DNA of 64,000 nucleotides from Escherichia coli O127:H6 str. E2348/69 (GTDB lineage Bacteria; Pseudomonadota; Gammaproteobacteria; Enterobacterales; Enterobacteriaceae): NCBI RefSeq assembly GCF_000026545.1, contig NC_011601.1; one strand, 5' to 3'. Shown piece by piece: positions 47,392 to 61,493 of this stretch (position 1 is its first letter; each line of letters starts with the position of its first letter). The notes under the pieces were generated by a model. It saw only the letters and a program-made list of their open reading frames with translations, ran no database searches and was not told where the DNA came from. The position numbers and the translations under genes were made by a program.

Positions 47392-48183
47392 ATGCCCGTT
47401 TTTGCTCTGCTCGCGCTTGTCGCCTACTCCGTCAGTCTTGCGCTGATTGTTCCCGGTCTGCTGCAAAAAAACGGCGGCTGGCGGCGCATGGCTATTATTT
47501 CTGCGGTCATCGCGCTGGTCTGCCACGCAATCGCTCTGGAAGCCCGCATCCTGCCCGACGGTGATAGCGGACAAAACCTCAGCCTGCTGAACGTTGGTTC
47601 ATTGGTCAGTTTGATGATCTGTACGGTAATGACCATTGTGGCTTCTCGCAATCGTGGCTGGTTGTTGCTACCCATTGTCTATGCCTTTGCGCTTATCAAC
47701 CTGGCGCTGGCGACCTTCATGCCCAATGAATACATCACCCATCTGGAAGCAACGCCGGGGATGCTGGTGCACATTGGCTTATCGCTTTTTTCCTATGCCA
47801 CGCTAATTATCGCTGCCCTGTACGCGCTGCAACTGGCGTGGATTGATTACCAACTGAAGAACAAGAAGCTGGCGTTTAACCAGGAAATGCCGCCATTGAT
47901 GAGTATCGAGCGTAAAATGTTCCATATCACGCAGATTGGCGTGGTGCTGCTAACGCTCACTCTTTGCACTGGCCTGTTCTACATGCACAACTTATTTAGC
48001 ATGGAAAATATCGACAAGGCCGTGCTCTCTATCGTGGCGTGGTTTGTCTATATTGTGCTGCTGTGGGGACATTATCATGAAGGATGGCGTGGACGCCGCG
48101 TCGTCTGGTTTAACGTTGCGGGTGCAGTCATTCTGACACTGGCCTACTTCGGCAGCCGAATTGTCCAGCAGTTAATCAGCTAA
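47392..48183 (+). CDS. ypjD: Inner-membrane protein YpjD (cytochrome-c-assembly-like)
   Basis: Multi-TM ORF; probable start MPVFALLALVAYSVSLALIV inside ORF 47317..48183. Confidence 0.8.
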   Translation: MPVFALLALVAYSVSLALIVPGLLQKNGGWRRMAIISAVIALVCHAIALEARILPDGDSGQNLSLLNVGSLVSLMICTVMTIVASRNRGWLLLPIVYAFALINLALATFMPNEYITHLEATPGMLVHIGLSLFSYATLIIAALYALQLAWIDYQLKNKKLAFNQEMPPLMSIERKMFHITQIGVVLLTLTLCTGLFYMHNLFSMENIDKAVLSIVAWFVYIVLLWGHYHEGWRGRRVVWFNVAGAVILTLAYFGSRIVQQLIS

Positions 48184-48227
48184 CCCCAGAAAAGGAGTTT
48201 CCCCTGGAACACATTTCTACTACTACG

Positions 48228-49490
48228 TTGATCATTATTCTGATCATCATGGTGGTCATTTCAGCCTATTTTTCCGGGTCCGAAACCGGAATGATGACTC
48301 TCAACCGCTATCGTCTTCGACATATGGCGAAACAGGGTAATCGCTCGGCCAAACGCGTCGAAAAATTGCTGCGTAAGCCAGACCGCCTGATAAGCCTGGT
48401 GTTAATCGGCAATAACCTGGTCAATATTCTTGCCTCCGCGCTCGGCACTATTGTTGGGATGCGTTTGTACGGCGATGCGGGCGTGGCAATTGCAACTGGT
48501 GTGCTGACTTTTGTCGTACTGGTTTTTGCTGAGGTATTGCCGAAAACCATTGCCGCGCTGTACCCGGAAAAAGTCGCTTATCCGAGTAGTTTTCTACTGG
48601 CTCCGCTGCAAATTTTGATGATGCCGCTGGTCTGGTTGCTGAATGCTATTACCCGCATGTTAATGCGCATGATGGGCATCAAAACCGATATCGTGGTTAG
48701 CGGCTCTTTAAGCAAAGAAGAGTTGCGTACCATCGTGCACGAATCACGCTCACAAATTTCCCGTCGCAATCAGGATATGCTGCTGTCGGTGCTCGATCTG
48801 GAAAAGATGACCGTCGATGACATCATGGTGCCGCGCAGTGAAATTATCGGTATTGATATCAACGATGACTGGAAATCGATTCTGCGCCAACTCTCCCACT
48901 CACCTCACGGGCGCATCGTGCTCTACCGTGATTCGCTGGACGACGCCATCAGTATGCTGCGTGTGCGTGAAGCCTGGCGACTCATGTCGGAGAAAAAAGA
49001 GTTCACCAAAGAAACCATGCTACGCGCCGCGGACGAGATCTATTTTGTCCCGGAGGGTACGCCGCTCAGCACACAGTTGGTGAAGTTTCAGCGCAACAAA
49101 AAGAAAGTCGGCCTGGTCGTCAACGAGTATGGAGACATTCAGGGACTGGTGACGGTCGAAGATATTCTCGAAGAGATTGTCGGCGATTTCACCACGTCGA
49201 TGTCGCCAACACTTGCCGAAGAGGTCACGCCGCAAAACGACGGTTCGGTGATTATTGATGGCACTGCCAACGTGCGAGAAATTAACAAAGCCTTTAACTG
49301 GCATCTACCGGAAGATGATGCTCGCACGGTTAATGGCGTCATTCTTGAGGCACTGGAAGAGATCCCTGTCGCAGGCACCCGCGTGCGTATTGGCGAGTAC
49401 GATATCGATATTCTCGACGTACAGGACAATATGATTAAGCAGGTAAAAGTTTTTCCTGTAAAACCGCTGCGCGAGAGTGTGGCGGAGTAA
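48228..49490 (+). CDS. yfjD: CNNM/CorC-family membrane protein with CBS domains (YfjD)
   Basis: 420-aa ORF with N-terminal TM domain, CBS pair and CorC C-terminal domain; start codon not verified. Confidence 0.85.
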   Translation: MIIILIIMVVISAYFSGSETGMMTLNRYRLRHMAKQGNRSAKRVEKLLRKPDRLISLVLIGNNLVNILASALGTIVGMRLYGDAGVAIATGVLTFVVLVFAEVLPKTIAALYPEKVAYPSSFLLAPLQILMMPLVWLLNAITRMLMRMMGIKTDIVVSGSLSKEELRTIVHESRSQISRRNQDMLLSVLDLEKMTVDDIMVPRSEIIGIDINDDWKSILRQLSHSPHGRIVLYRDSLDDAISMLRVREAWRLMSEKKEFTKETMLRAADEIYFVPEGTPLSTQLVKFQRNKKKVGLVVNEYGDIQGLVTVEDILEEIVGDFTTSMSPTLAEEVTPQNDGSVIIDGTANVREINKAFNWHLPEDDARTVNGVILEALEEIPVAGTRVRIGEYDIDILDVQDNMIKQVKVFPVKPLRESVAE

Positions 49491-49544
49491 CGAAAACGGC
49501 CCTGCATTCGCATGCAGGGCCGTGAATTATTACGAAAACAGAAA

Positions 49545-50171
<627 letters not shown>

Positions 50172-50260
50172 CTAACTTCGCTTATTATGGGGATCAGTTT
50201 CAGGGTTTCAAGGGAAGCACTCACATTGTCATCAATCTTCGCAACAAGGACCTCGGAAAA

Positions 50261-51139
50261 ATGAATAATCATTTCAAGTGTATTGGCATTGTGGGACACC
50301 CACGGCACCCCACTGCACTGACAACACATGAAATGCTCTACCGCTGGCTGTGCACAAAAGGTTACGAGGTCATCGTTGAGCAACAAATCGCTCACGAACT
50401 GCAACTGAAGAATGTGAAAACTGGCACGCTCGCGGAGATTGGGCAACAGGCTGATCTCGCGGTTGTCGTTGGCGGCGACGGTAATATGCTGGGCGCGGCG
50501 CGCACGCTCGCCCGCTACGATATTAAAGTTATTGGAATCAACCGTGGCAACCTGGGTTTCCTGACTGACCTTGATCCCGATAACGCCCAGCAACAATTAG
50601 CCGATGTGCTGGAAGGCCACTACATCAGCGAGAAACGTTTTTTGCTGGAAGCGCAAGTCTGTCAGCAAGATTGCCAGAAACGCATCAGCACGGCGATTAA
50701 CGAAGTGGTACTTCATCCTGGCAAAGTGGCGCATATGATTGAGTTCGAAGTGTATATCGACGAGATCTTTGCGTTTTCGCAGCGTTCCGATGGACTGATT
50801 ATTTCGACGCCAACAGGCTCCACCGCATATTCCCTCTCTGCGGGCGGTCCTATTCTGACACCCTCTCTGGATGCGATTACCCTGGTGCCCATGTTCCCGC
50901 ATACGTTGTCAGCACGACCACTGGTCATAAACAGCAGCAGCACGATCCGTCTACGTTTTTCGCATCGCCGTAACGACCTGGAAATCAGTTGCGACAGCCA
51001 GATAGCACTGCCGATTCAGGAAGGTGAAGATGTCCTGATTCGTCGCTGTGATTACCATCTGAATCTGATTCATCCGAAAGATTACAGTTATTTCAATACA
51101 TTAAGCACCAAGCTCGGCTGGTCAAAAAAATTATTCTAA
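50261..51139 (+). CDS. nadK: NAD kinase
   Basis: 292-aa ORF with GGDG motif ([10 protein letters not shown]). Confidence 0.95.
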
Positions 51140-51158
51140 TTTTACGCCAGCCTCTTTA

Positions 51159-51196
51159 CTGTATATAAAACCAGTTTATACTGTACACAATAACAG
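51159..51196 (+). promoter_or_regulatory. Two LexA (SOS) boxes in the recN promoter
   Basis: ctgtatataaaaccag (51159-51174) and ctgtacacaataacag (51181-51196) fit CTGT-N8-ACAG, 30-65 bp upstream of the recN ATG. Confidence 0.85.
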
Positions 51197-51224
51197 TAAT
51201 GGTTTTTCATACAGGAAAACAACT

Positions 51225-52886
51225 ATGTTGGCACAACTGACCATCAGCAACTTTGCTATCGTTCGTGAGCTTGAGATTGATTTTCATAGCGGCATGACCG
51301 TAATAACTGGCGAGACCGGCGCGGGTAAATCTATTGCAATAGATGCCCTCGGCCTTTGTCTCGGTGGTCGCGCTGAAGCCGACATGGTGCGTACCGGCGC
51401 TGCTCGTGCCGACCTGTGCGCCCGTTTTTCTCTGAAAGATACGCCAGCGGCCCTGTGTTGGCTGGAAGAAAACCAGCTTGAAGACGGGCATGAATGTTTG
51501 CTTCGTCGCGTAATCAGCAGCGATGGTCGCTCCCGTGGTTTCATCAACGGTACAGCTGTTCCTCTGTCACAACTGCGCGAACTGGGTCAGTTGCTGATTC
51601 AGATCCATGGTCAGCACGCTCATCAGTTACTCACCAAACCCGAGCACCAAAAATTCCTGCTTGATGGCTATGCCAATGAAACCTCTCAGCTCCAGGAAAT
51701 GACCGCACGTTATCATTTGTGGCATCAAAGCTGCCGTGACCTCGCGCATCATCAACAGTTAAGTCAGGAACGCGCCGCTCGTGCGGAGCTGCTGCAATAC
51801 CAATTAAAAGAACTTAACGAATTTAATCCGCAGCCTGGAGAGTTTGAGCAAATCGACGAAGAGTACAAACGTCTGGCGAACAGCGGTCAATTGCTGACCA
51901 CCAGCCAGAATGCATTGGCATTAATGGCTGACGGTGAAGACGCAAACCTGCAAAGTCAACTTTACACGGCTAAACAACTGGTGAGCGAATTGATTGGCAT
52001 GGACAGCAAACTGTCCGGCGTACTTGATATGCTGGAAGAGGCTACCATCCAGATTGCTGAAGCCAGTGATGAACTGCGCCACTACTGCGATCGTCTGGAT
52101 CTCGATCCCAACCGACTGTTTGAACTTGAACAGCGCATCTCAAAACAGATTTCGCTGGCACGTAAACATCACGTCAGCCCTGAGGCATTGCCACAGTATT
52201 ACCAGTCGCTACTGGAAGAACAGCAGCAACTGGACGATCAGGCCGACTCACAAGAAACGCTCGCGCTGGCGGTAACGAAACATCATCAGCAGGCACTGGA
52301 AACGGCGCGCGCGTTACACCAGCAACGCCAGCATTATGCAAATGAGTTGGCACAGCTGATCACCGATAGTATGCATGCACTCTCTATGCCACATGGGCAG
52401 TTTACGATCGATGTTAAATTTGACGAGCATCACCTGGGCGCTGACGGCGCTGATCGTATTGAGTTTCGGGTAACCACCAACCCAGGTCAGCCAATGCAGC
52501 CTATTGCCAAAGTCGCATCCGGTGGTGAGTTGTCCCGCATCGCATTGGCAATCCAGGTCATTACCGCGCGTAAAATGGAAACCCCGGCACTGATTTTTGA
52601 TGAAGTGGATGTAGGGATTAGCGGCCCAACAGCGGCAGTTGTCGGCAAACTGCTACGTCAACTTGGCGAATCAACTCAGGTGATGTGTGTTACCCACCTG
52701 CCACAAGTCGCGGGATGTGGTCATCAACACTATTTTGTCAGCAAAGAAACTGATGGTGCGATGACAGAAACGCATATGCAATCCCTGGATAAAAAAGCGC
52801 GGTTACAAGAGTTGGCGCGCCTGCTTGGTGGCAGTGAAGTCACACGTAACACACTGGCGAATGCGAAAGAACTGCTTGCGGCGTAA
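51225..52886 (+). CDS. recN: DNA repair protein RecN (SMC-like)
   Basis: 553-aa ORF with Walker A motif (GETGAGKS) and coiled coils. Confidence 0.97.
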   Translation: MLAQLTISNFAIVRELEIDFHSGMTVITGETGAGKSIAIDALGLCLGGRAEADMVRTGAARADLCARFSLKDTPAALCWLEENQLEDGHECLLRRVISSDGRSRGFINGTAVPLSQLRELGQLLIQIHGQHAHQLLTKPEHQKFLLDGYANETSQLQEMTARYHLWHQSCRDLAHHQQLSQERAARAELLQYQLKELNEFNPQPGEFEQIDEEYKRLANSGQLLTTSQNALALMADGEDANLQSQLYTAKQLVSELIGMDSKLSGVLDMLEEATIQIAEASDELRHYCDRLDLDPNRLFELEQRISKQISLARKHHVSPEALPQYYQSLLEEQQQLDDQADSQETLALAVTKHHQQALETARALHQQRQHYANELAQLITDSMHALSMPHGQFTIDVKFDEHHLGADGADRIEFRVTTNPGQPMQPIAKVASGGELSRIALAIQVITARKMETPALIFDEVDVGISGPTAAVVGKLLRQLGESTQVMCVTHLPQVAGCGHQHYFVSKETDGAMTETHMQSLDKKARLQELARLLGGSEVTRNTLANAKELLAA

Positions 52887-53034
52887 ACTTTTTTCCTGCT
52901 TCACGGTCAGAGTAAACAGCAAAACGCCGTAAGACCGGAAAGCAAAAGGTTTTAAAGTGATGAAAGGTCTATTATCATCGGCATATTACAGATGAGCCAC
53001 GTACTGCTCGGGCCCGAAAAGGAATCAAATCACT

Positions 53035-53376
53035 ATGCGCTGTAAAACGCTGACTGCTGCAGCAGCAGTACTATTGATGTTGACCGCAGGCTGTTCCACT
53101 CTGGAGCGAGTGGTTTACCGTCCTGACATCAACCAGGGGAACTATCTGACCGCTAACGACGTATCCAAAATACGTGTTGGCATGACGCAACAACAAGTTG
53201 CGTACGCATTGGGTACACCGCTGATGTCCGATCCATTTGGTACAAATACCTGGTTCTATGTCTTCCGCCAGCAACCTGGTCATGAAGGTGTAACGCAGCA
53301 AACGCTGACGCTGACCTTTAACAGTAGCGGTGTGTTGACCAACATTGATAACAAACCTGCGCTGAGTGGTAACTAA
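53035..53376 (+). CDS. bamE: Outer membrane assembly lipoprotein BamE (SmpA)
   Basis: 113-aa ORF with lipobox LTAGCS. Confidence 0.93.
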
Positions 53377-53437
53377 TAATAAAGTTGCTCTCAAAGACGT
53401 TAAAAAAGGTGCTCAATGAGCACCTTTTTTCTGTCTG

Positions 53438-53728
53438 TTATTTATTCGCTGATTTTTCTGCTCGTTGCCTGCGAAGCTCTTTCGGATCGGCAATGAGAGG
53501 ACGATAAATCTCCACCCGATCGCCATCATGCACAATATCGCTGAGTTTTGCCGGACGGCTGTAAATGCCGACTTTGTTTTTAGTTAAATCGATATCGGTA
53601 CGCAATTCCAGCAAACCACTGGCGCGAATAGCTTCTTCAACCGTCGCGCCCTCCTGCAACGTCACGCGCTGCAGGTACTGCTTCTCAGGTAGCGCATAAG
53701 CCACCTCAACGGCAATTTTACCTGGCAC
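53438..53728 (-). CDS. ratB: RatB/YfjF (UPF0125)
   Basis: ORF 53438..53812; probable start at (M)[16 protein letters not shown], giving about 96 aa. Confidence 0.75.
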
Positions 53729-54194
53729 TGTAGACCTCTTTTGCACGAACAGTAAAAGCCTGCACCATATTAGCTGCCAGCTCTTTAAACACACGACCAA
53801 AGGCGAGTTCAATCAACTTATTGGTAAACTCAAAGTCGAGATGAAATTCAATACGGCACGCGTCCTGGCTCAACGGCGTAAACTTCCAACCGCCGATCAA
53901 TTTCTTAAACGGTCCATCAACCAGACTCATGAGAATACTTTGATTACTGGTCAACTGGTTGCGGGTTGTAAACGTTTTGCTGATCCCAGCCTTAGACACA
54001 TCTACCGCAGCAGTCATCTGCCCAGGAGTGGACTCCAGAATCCGACTTCCGGTACAACCCGGCAAAAACTGAGGATAAGACTGAACGTCATTCACTAACT
54101 GATACATTTGCTCCGCGCTGTAGGGCACCAGTGCGGTCCGGCTAATCTGAGGCATAACAATTTCCATCAACAAAAATCCAACAAATAATATCAT
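53718..54194 (-). CDS. ratA: Ribosome association toxin RatA (YfjG, SRPBCC fold)
   Basis: 158-aa ORF; conserved position between bamE and smpB. Confidence 0.85.
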
Positions 54195-54325
54195 TTATCC
54201 TGCTGTAAAAAAAACGCTATCCCGGCGCTGGGTAACATCGGGTTCATGCTAAGATAGAGCCTTGTCCCCCGCAGGATTGATATGGGGTGTTTTCGATTTC
54301 AGATTACCGATGATTCACGACGCTT

Positions 54326-54808
54326 ATGACGAAGAAAAAAGCACATAAACCTGGTTCAGCGACCATCGCGCTTAACAAGCGCGCCCGTCACGAATACTTT
54401 ATCGAAGAAGAGTTCGAAGCGGGACTTGCCCTGCAAGGCTGGGAGGTTAAATCCCTGCGTGCAGGAAAAGCCAATATCAGCGACAGCTACGTCCTTCTGC
54501 GTGACGGAGAGGCATTTCTGTTTGGCGCTAACATCACGCCAATGGCTGTGGCCTCCACGCATGTGGTGTGCGATCCTACCCGTACCCGCAAGTTACTTCT
54601 CAACCAGCGCGAACTGGACTCATTGTACGGTCGCGTCAATCGAGAAGGCTATACCGTAGTGGCGCTCTCCCTGTACTGGAAAAATGCCTGGTGCAAAGTG
54701 AAAATCGGCGTCGCCAAAGGTAAAAAACAGCACGATAAACGTTCAGATATCAAAGAACGCGAATGGCAGGTGGATAAAGCGCGTATCATGAAAAACGCCC
54801 ATCGTTAA
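54326..54808 (+). CDS. smpB: SsrA-binding protein SmpB
   Basis: 160-aa [51 protein letters not shown]... Confidence 0.97.
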
Positions 54809-55021
54809 ACCTATATAAGCGATACTAATCAAATCCTCACCGCGCCTCCCTATCCGGTGGCGCGAATGAACATCTTATCGACTGTCAAATCTGACACAGA
54901 TGTAGCCATCCCATTGCTTAATCGAAAAAAATCATACTATGCAGGCGCTAATTCCAAGATGATAACGCCTTTTGGGCTAGTCATGCTGCTCATAAATCTG
55001 GTATACTTACCGTTATACATT

Positions 55022-55384
55022 GGGGCTGATTCTGGATTCGACGGGATTTGCGAAACCCAAGGTGCATGCCGAGGGGCGGTTGGCCTCGTAAAAAGCCGCA
55101 AAAAATAGTCGCAAACGACGAAAACTACGCTTTAGCAGCTTAATAACCTGCTTAGAGCCCTCTCTCCCTAGCCTCCGCTCTTAGGACGGGGATCAAGAGA
55201 GGTCAAACCCAAAAGAGATCGCGTGGAAGCCCTGCCTGGGGTTGAAGCGTTAAAACTTAATCAGGCTAGTTTGTTAGTGGCGTGTCCGTCCGCAGCTGGC
55301 AAGCGAATGTAAAGACTGACTAAGCATGTAGTACCGAGGATGTAGGAATTTCGGACGCGGGTTCAACTCCCGCCAGCTCCACCA
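55022..55384 (+). ncRNA. ssrA: tmRNA (SsrA), 363 nt
   Basis: Begins GGGGCTGATTCTGGATTCGACGGG and ends ...GTTCAACTCCCGCCAGCTCCACCA; tag-encoding region (GCAAACGACGAAAACTACGCTTTAGCAGCTTAA) present. Confidence 0.97.
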
Positions 55385-55645
55385 AAATTCTCCATCGGTG
55401 ATTACCAGAGTCATCCGATGAAGTCCTAAGAGCCCGCACGGCGCAAGCCCTGCGGGCTTTTTTGTGCCTTGAATTTGTCCCGCGAAGTCTGATGCCAACT
55501 AATTAAATCCGAACCTTTTAGGCACCTTGTTAGGCACCTCATAAAGCTTTATTGTTTTTGAGGTGCCTAAAACTATGGAAACCCGGCAATGGCAAGACAA
55601 ACCAAACCTCTATCCGTTAAAGAAATCGAATCTGCTAAACCCAAG

Positions 55646-57590
<1,945 letters not shown>

Positions 57591-58829
57591 AGTGACACCA
57601 AGGAAGCGGACTACGTTCTCTATGATGGCGATGGCCTTGAGCTACTTATCAAATCCAGCGGGAGTAAAATCTGGCAGTTTCGCTACATTCGCCCTGTCAC
57701 CAAGAAACGTGCGAAGAAGAGCATAGGCCCCTACCCGTCAGTTACGCTTGCCGATGCCAGAAACTACCGGGCAGAGTCACGCTCTCTCCTGGCGAAACAA
57801 ATCGATCCACAGGAACATCAGCAAGAACAACTTCGCAGTTCGCTTGAAGCTAAAACCAATACTTTCCAACTCGTGGCTGAACGATGATGGAATGTGAAGA
57901 AAGCCAGCGTGACAGAGGACTATGCCGACGATATCTGGCGCTCTATTGAAGAGATGTCTTTCCTGCAATTGGCGACGTTAGCGTTACAGATATTAAAGCT
58001 CACACACTGGTTCAGGCCGTCCAACCGGTTCAGGCCAGAGGAGCAAAACCGTTTGTCGCCTGTGCCAGCGCATTAATGAGGTCATGACCTATGCCCAAAA
58101 CACATGGCTGATTGATGCTGTTCCCAGCGTTAATATTGGTAAAGCCTTCGAGAAGCCTCAGTAAAAGAACATGCCCAGCATTCGACCGGATCAGCTACCT
58201 CAACTGATGCAGACAATGCGAACAGCCAGCATTAGCCTTTCCACACGCTGCCTGTTCATGTGGCAACTTCTTACTATTACCCGCCCTGCCGAAGCGGCTG
58301 AAGCTCGCTGGGAAGAGATAGACATAGAAGCACAAGAGTGGAAGATTCCTGCAGCACGCATGAAAACGAACCGCGACCATACTGTTCCATTGTCAGATGA
58401 AGCAATTGCGATACTGGAGATGATGAAGCCGTTAAGTGGAAATCGAGAATTTATCTTTCCCAGCCGCATCAAGCCAAACCAGCCGATGAACAGTCAGACC
58501 GTAAACGCATAGCTAAAACGCGCAGGTTTTGGTGGGGTGCTCGTTTCACACGGCCTGCGATCTATCGCCAGTACAGCCCTTAATGAACAAGGCTTTCCGC
58601 CTGATGCCATTGAGGCAGCACTTGCCCATGTAGACAAGAATGAAGTTCGTCGCTCTTATAACCGCAGCGATTACCTGGAGCAGCGTCGTCCAATGATGCA
58701 GTGGTGGACGAATTTTGTTCAAGCGGCAGATCGTGGAAGTATTATTGAAGGTGGGATGAAAGGAATGCGATTGGTTGGATAACGATTCACTCTGCCTACG
58801 TTATTACAAATAGCGTCCGATTAGAGGTG

Positions 58830-59707
58830 TGATTCATAGACATCGTTTCAATTTTCTCAGTTCAAGTTCAAGCTTGTAATTCTGTTCCTGTATATGCTCT
58901 TCATTGGGCTGATACTTTGCATGAACGGCATCGGAGTATGGTGTTTTCTCAGCAAGTTCAAAGTAGCGCTCCATCGGAGTTTTACCGTTGTGAGCGCTAT
59001 GAGGACGTTCCCAGTTATAGTAATGCTGCCATTCTGCCTGCAGTTCCTTCAGGTCATCAGCAGAAAGATCTACGGTAGCGTAAGACTCTGCTTTGTCTGT
59101 CTTTTGGGAACGTTCAACCTTTCCGTTAAGATGAGGTGACGCTGGCTTATTTGGACGAAACTTGATGCCGTATTATTTTAATCTTTCCTGCACTTTAACG
59201 GCAAAAAATTCTCTTCTCCGGTCTGTCTGAGAGCGCTATATCGGGAAAGGCATTTCTTCAATAACACAATCAATAAAATCCAGTGAGTTTACCGCCGTGC
59301 GACAAGAGTAGAGCCTCAGGACTCTGTAGCGAGTGCAATCATCAACAGATGTGTACTGATATAAGCCGGGGCCAATTTTACAGGTATCCATCTGAACCCG
59401 ATCACCGGGAACAGGGCGTTCGTAGCGAATGAAATCAACTTCACGCCGAAATTTAACAACAGGTTTAACCTGATTCTGGCAAAGGACTTTGTGGATTGTT
59501 GCTATTGCCAGTGAGTCGTTTTAACTCGCTTTGAATACGTCTTGCACCCAGATTTCGCTGAGAACGTAACTCCAGAATCAGAGCGACTTCGCAAGTACCG
59601 GTTTTCGTTGATGGTGAACGCTTGAGGCGACGGCATATAAATCCCGCATCACCGGACGTTTCATAGAATTTTACCCACTGTAGCCGCTGCTGAATTTCCC
59701 TGTACAT
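58830..59707 (-). pseudogene. IS481-family transposase pseudogene (coordinates approximate)
   Basis: ORF 59465..59707 gives an HTH N-terminus (...EVALILELRSQRNLGARRIQSELKR...); downstream reverse-strand translation shows integrase-core-like sequence broken by stops. Confidence 0.5.
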
Positions 59708-59751
59708 AGTGAGGTATTATAGTGAAACGATGTCTATGAATCACACAATTC

Positions 59752-60108
59752 AAAAATGACGATCAAACAATTCTGTGAACAGGAACATATTCTGGTGTCC
59801 ACAGAAGGTCATTTTACTGGTGTAACGGATGAGGTACTGGCTGAGTTAAATCTCAAGCGACGTGTCGGTATTCTGTTAACAGCTTTTTGGTGATACCAGA
59901 CATATTACGATTAACTGACATGATTGCTGTTGTACCCAGCCGTATGGTCCCGAACAACAGTGACCTTACTATCATTCCCTTACCGATTAAAATTCCAGGC
60001 TTCACTAAAAGCATGGCGTGGCACGAGCGTACTCATCATGATCCAGCCCATCAATGGATTCGCGCTTTGTGCTTTGAGATAAACCAGTACTCCACAACGG
60101 TGATATAA
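59752..60108 (+). pseudogene. LysR-family regulator C-terminal fragment
   Basis: Short ORFs MTIKQFCEQEHILVSTEGHFTGVTDEVLAELNLKRRVGILLTAFW and ...LRLTDMIAVVPSRMVPNNSDLTIIPLP... look like a LysR effector domain; no N-terminal HTH. Confidence 0.4.
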
Positions 60109-60243
60109 GTTTTCTTATTCAGATCATAAAGAATAACGATTGGCATTATAACACAATAATCTCAATAATTGTTGCTGCCACATTGAATACGGCTTCTGAA
60201 GCAACATGCTCAGCACAATTAATTACCGTAACTGGAGAAATTT

Positions 60244-60740
60244 ATGAACGAGATTAACTGGCCTGAAGGTTTTGTTCCTGGTTTTACTGATAACTTTGTT
60301 TCCAATGAAATGATTATCTCTGGTCTTAATGTTAAAGATATCTGGCCGCTTCTGAGTCAGCCATTCCTGTGGCCAAAAATTGTGCTGATATTCGCTTTTA
60401 CGATAACAAAAAGCCAGAACTGGAAAATGGGGTGCGTTTCTATTTCAAAACCTTTGGTTTTCCTGTTGAAGCTCAGGTTGTGGAGTTTGTCCCACCGATG
60501 GAAGGCAAACCTGCTCGTCTGGCCTGGCACGGATGGTCCGGTGAAGAAAATACTACTCAACGTCTCGATGTACATCATGCATGGTTACTGGAGGATCTTT
60601 CCAGTAACCGGGTACGTATCCTGACGCAGGAAACACAGAACGGAGTTCCGGCAAAAGAACTGGCAAATACTCGCCCGAACCCAATGCTGAATGGTCACCA
60701 GGCATGGCTTGATGGCCTAGTTGAAGCAGCAACGAAATAA
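60244..60740 (+). pseudogene. Small SRPBCC-like protein with apparent frameshift
   Basis: ORFs 60244..60624 and 60369..60740 overlap in different frames and together would give about 165 aa; frame switch near 60375. Confidence 0.4.
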
Positions 60741-61089
60741 TGACTGACTTTCTACTGTCATATCACTAAGGTTGCGCTTAATCGCAACCTCAAAAATTTT
60801 TATCACTTTTTTACTCTTACTATTAGCCACGGGTAAAAAGTGGCGTTTTCGCAACCAGTGAACGGTCACCTAAAAAATCACCGAAATTCTTATCAGTAGC
60901 TGAAGTAATGGTATTGCCGAGGACCATGTAAATCGTCTGAAAATGATGAAACTACAGATGTATGGTTGTTCTGGATTCGAATTACTGAGGCGAAGGGAAA
61001 TGAGTCCACTGGCATGAAAATCTCCCCTAAGTTGGGGGAAGTGCCACTTTCATTTAGAGGGTGTCCAACATCATCAGTTTGTTAACGAA

Positions 61090-61260
61090 GGAGAGCGCTA
61101 TTCCAACTATGCTTCGCATGGACAATAATCCAAAATTTATCTTGCTGACACAGGCTGAACAGGCAGAGAAATATGCATTAAAACCGTAGGTTATCCAGCC
61201 GGGTAAGCCAAAGCTGAACGCGCTCATTGAGCACTTTAACCGGACATATTGCACAAAAAT
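61090..61260 (+). pseudogene. Transposase fragment (IS3-type integrase core remnant)
   Basis: Translation ...LRMDNNPKFILLTQAEQAEKYALKP*VIQPGKPKLNALIEHFNRTY... resembles the DDE-core region (...DNGPEF...GKPxxNAxIERFNxT...) with an internal stop. Confidence 0.4.
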
Positions 61261-61493
61261 ATTTAATTTTCATTTATTCAGAATGCTGTATTAACAATGT
61301 TAACTCACAGAAAATAATTATCAAAAGCAGTATATAAACATACTCAGTTCAAATATCATCGTAATTTGATTTTGAGAAACATGTTTCACTTTTGTTTGTT
61401 TTTATTATGAGAGCAAAATGCGAGCTTCTTGTGAGAAAGATTTTCGTGTCTATAAAAAGGCCTGCCAGATGGCAGGCCAGATTTAAACGTCTG

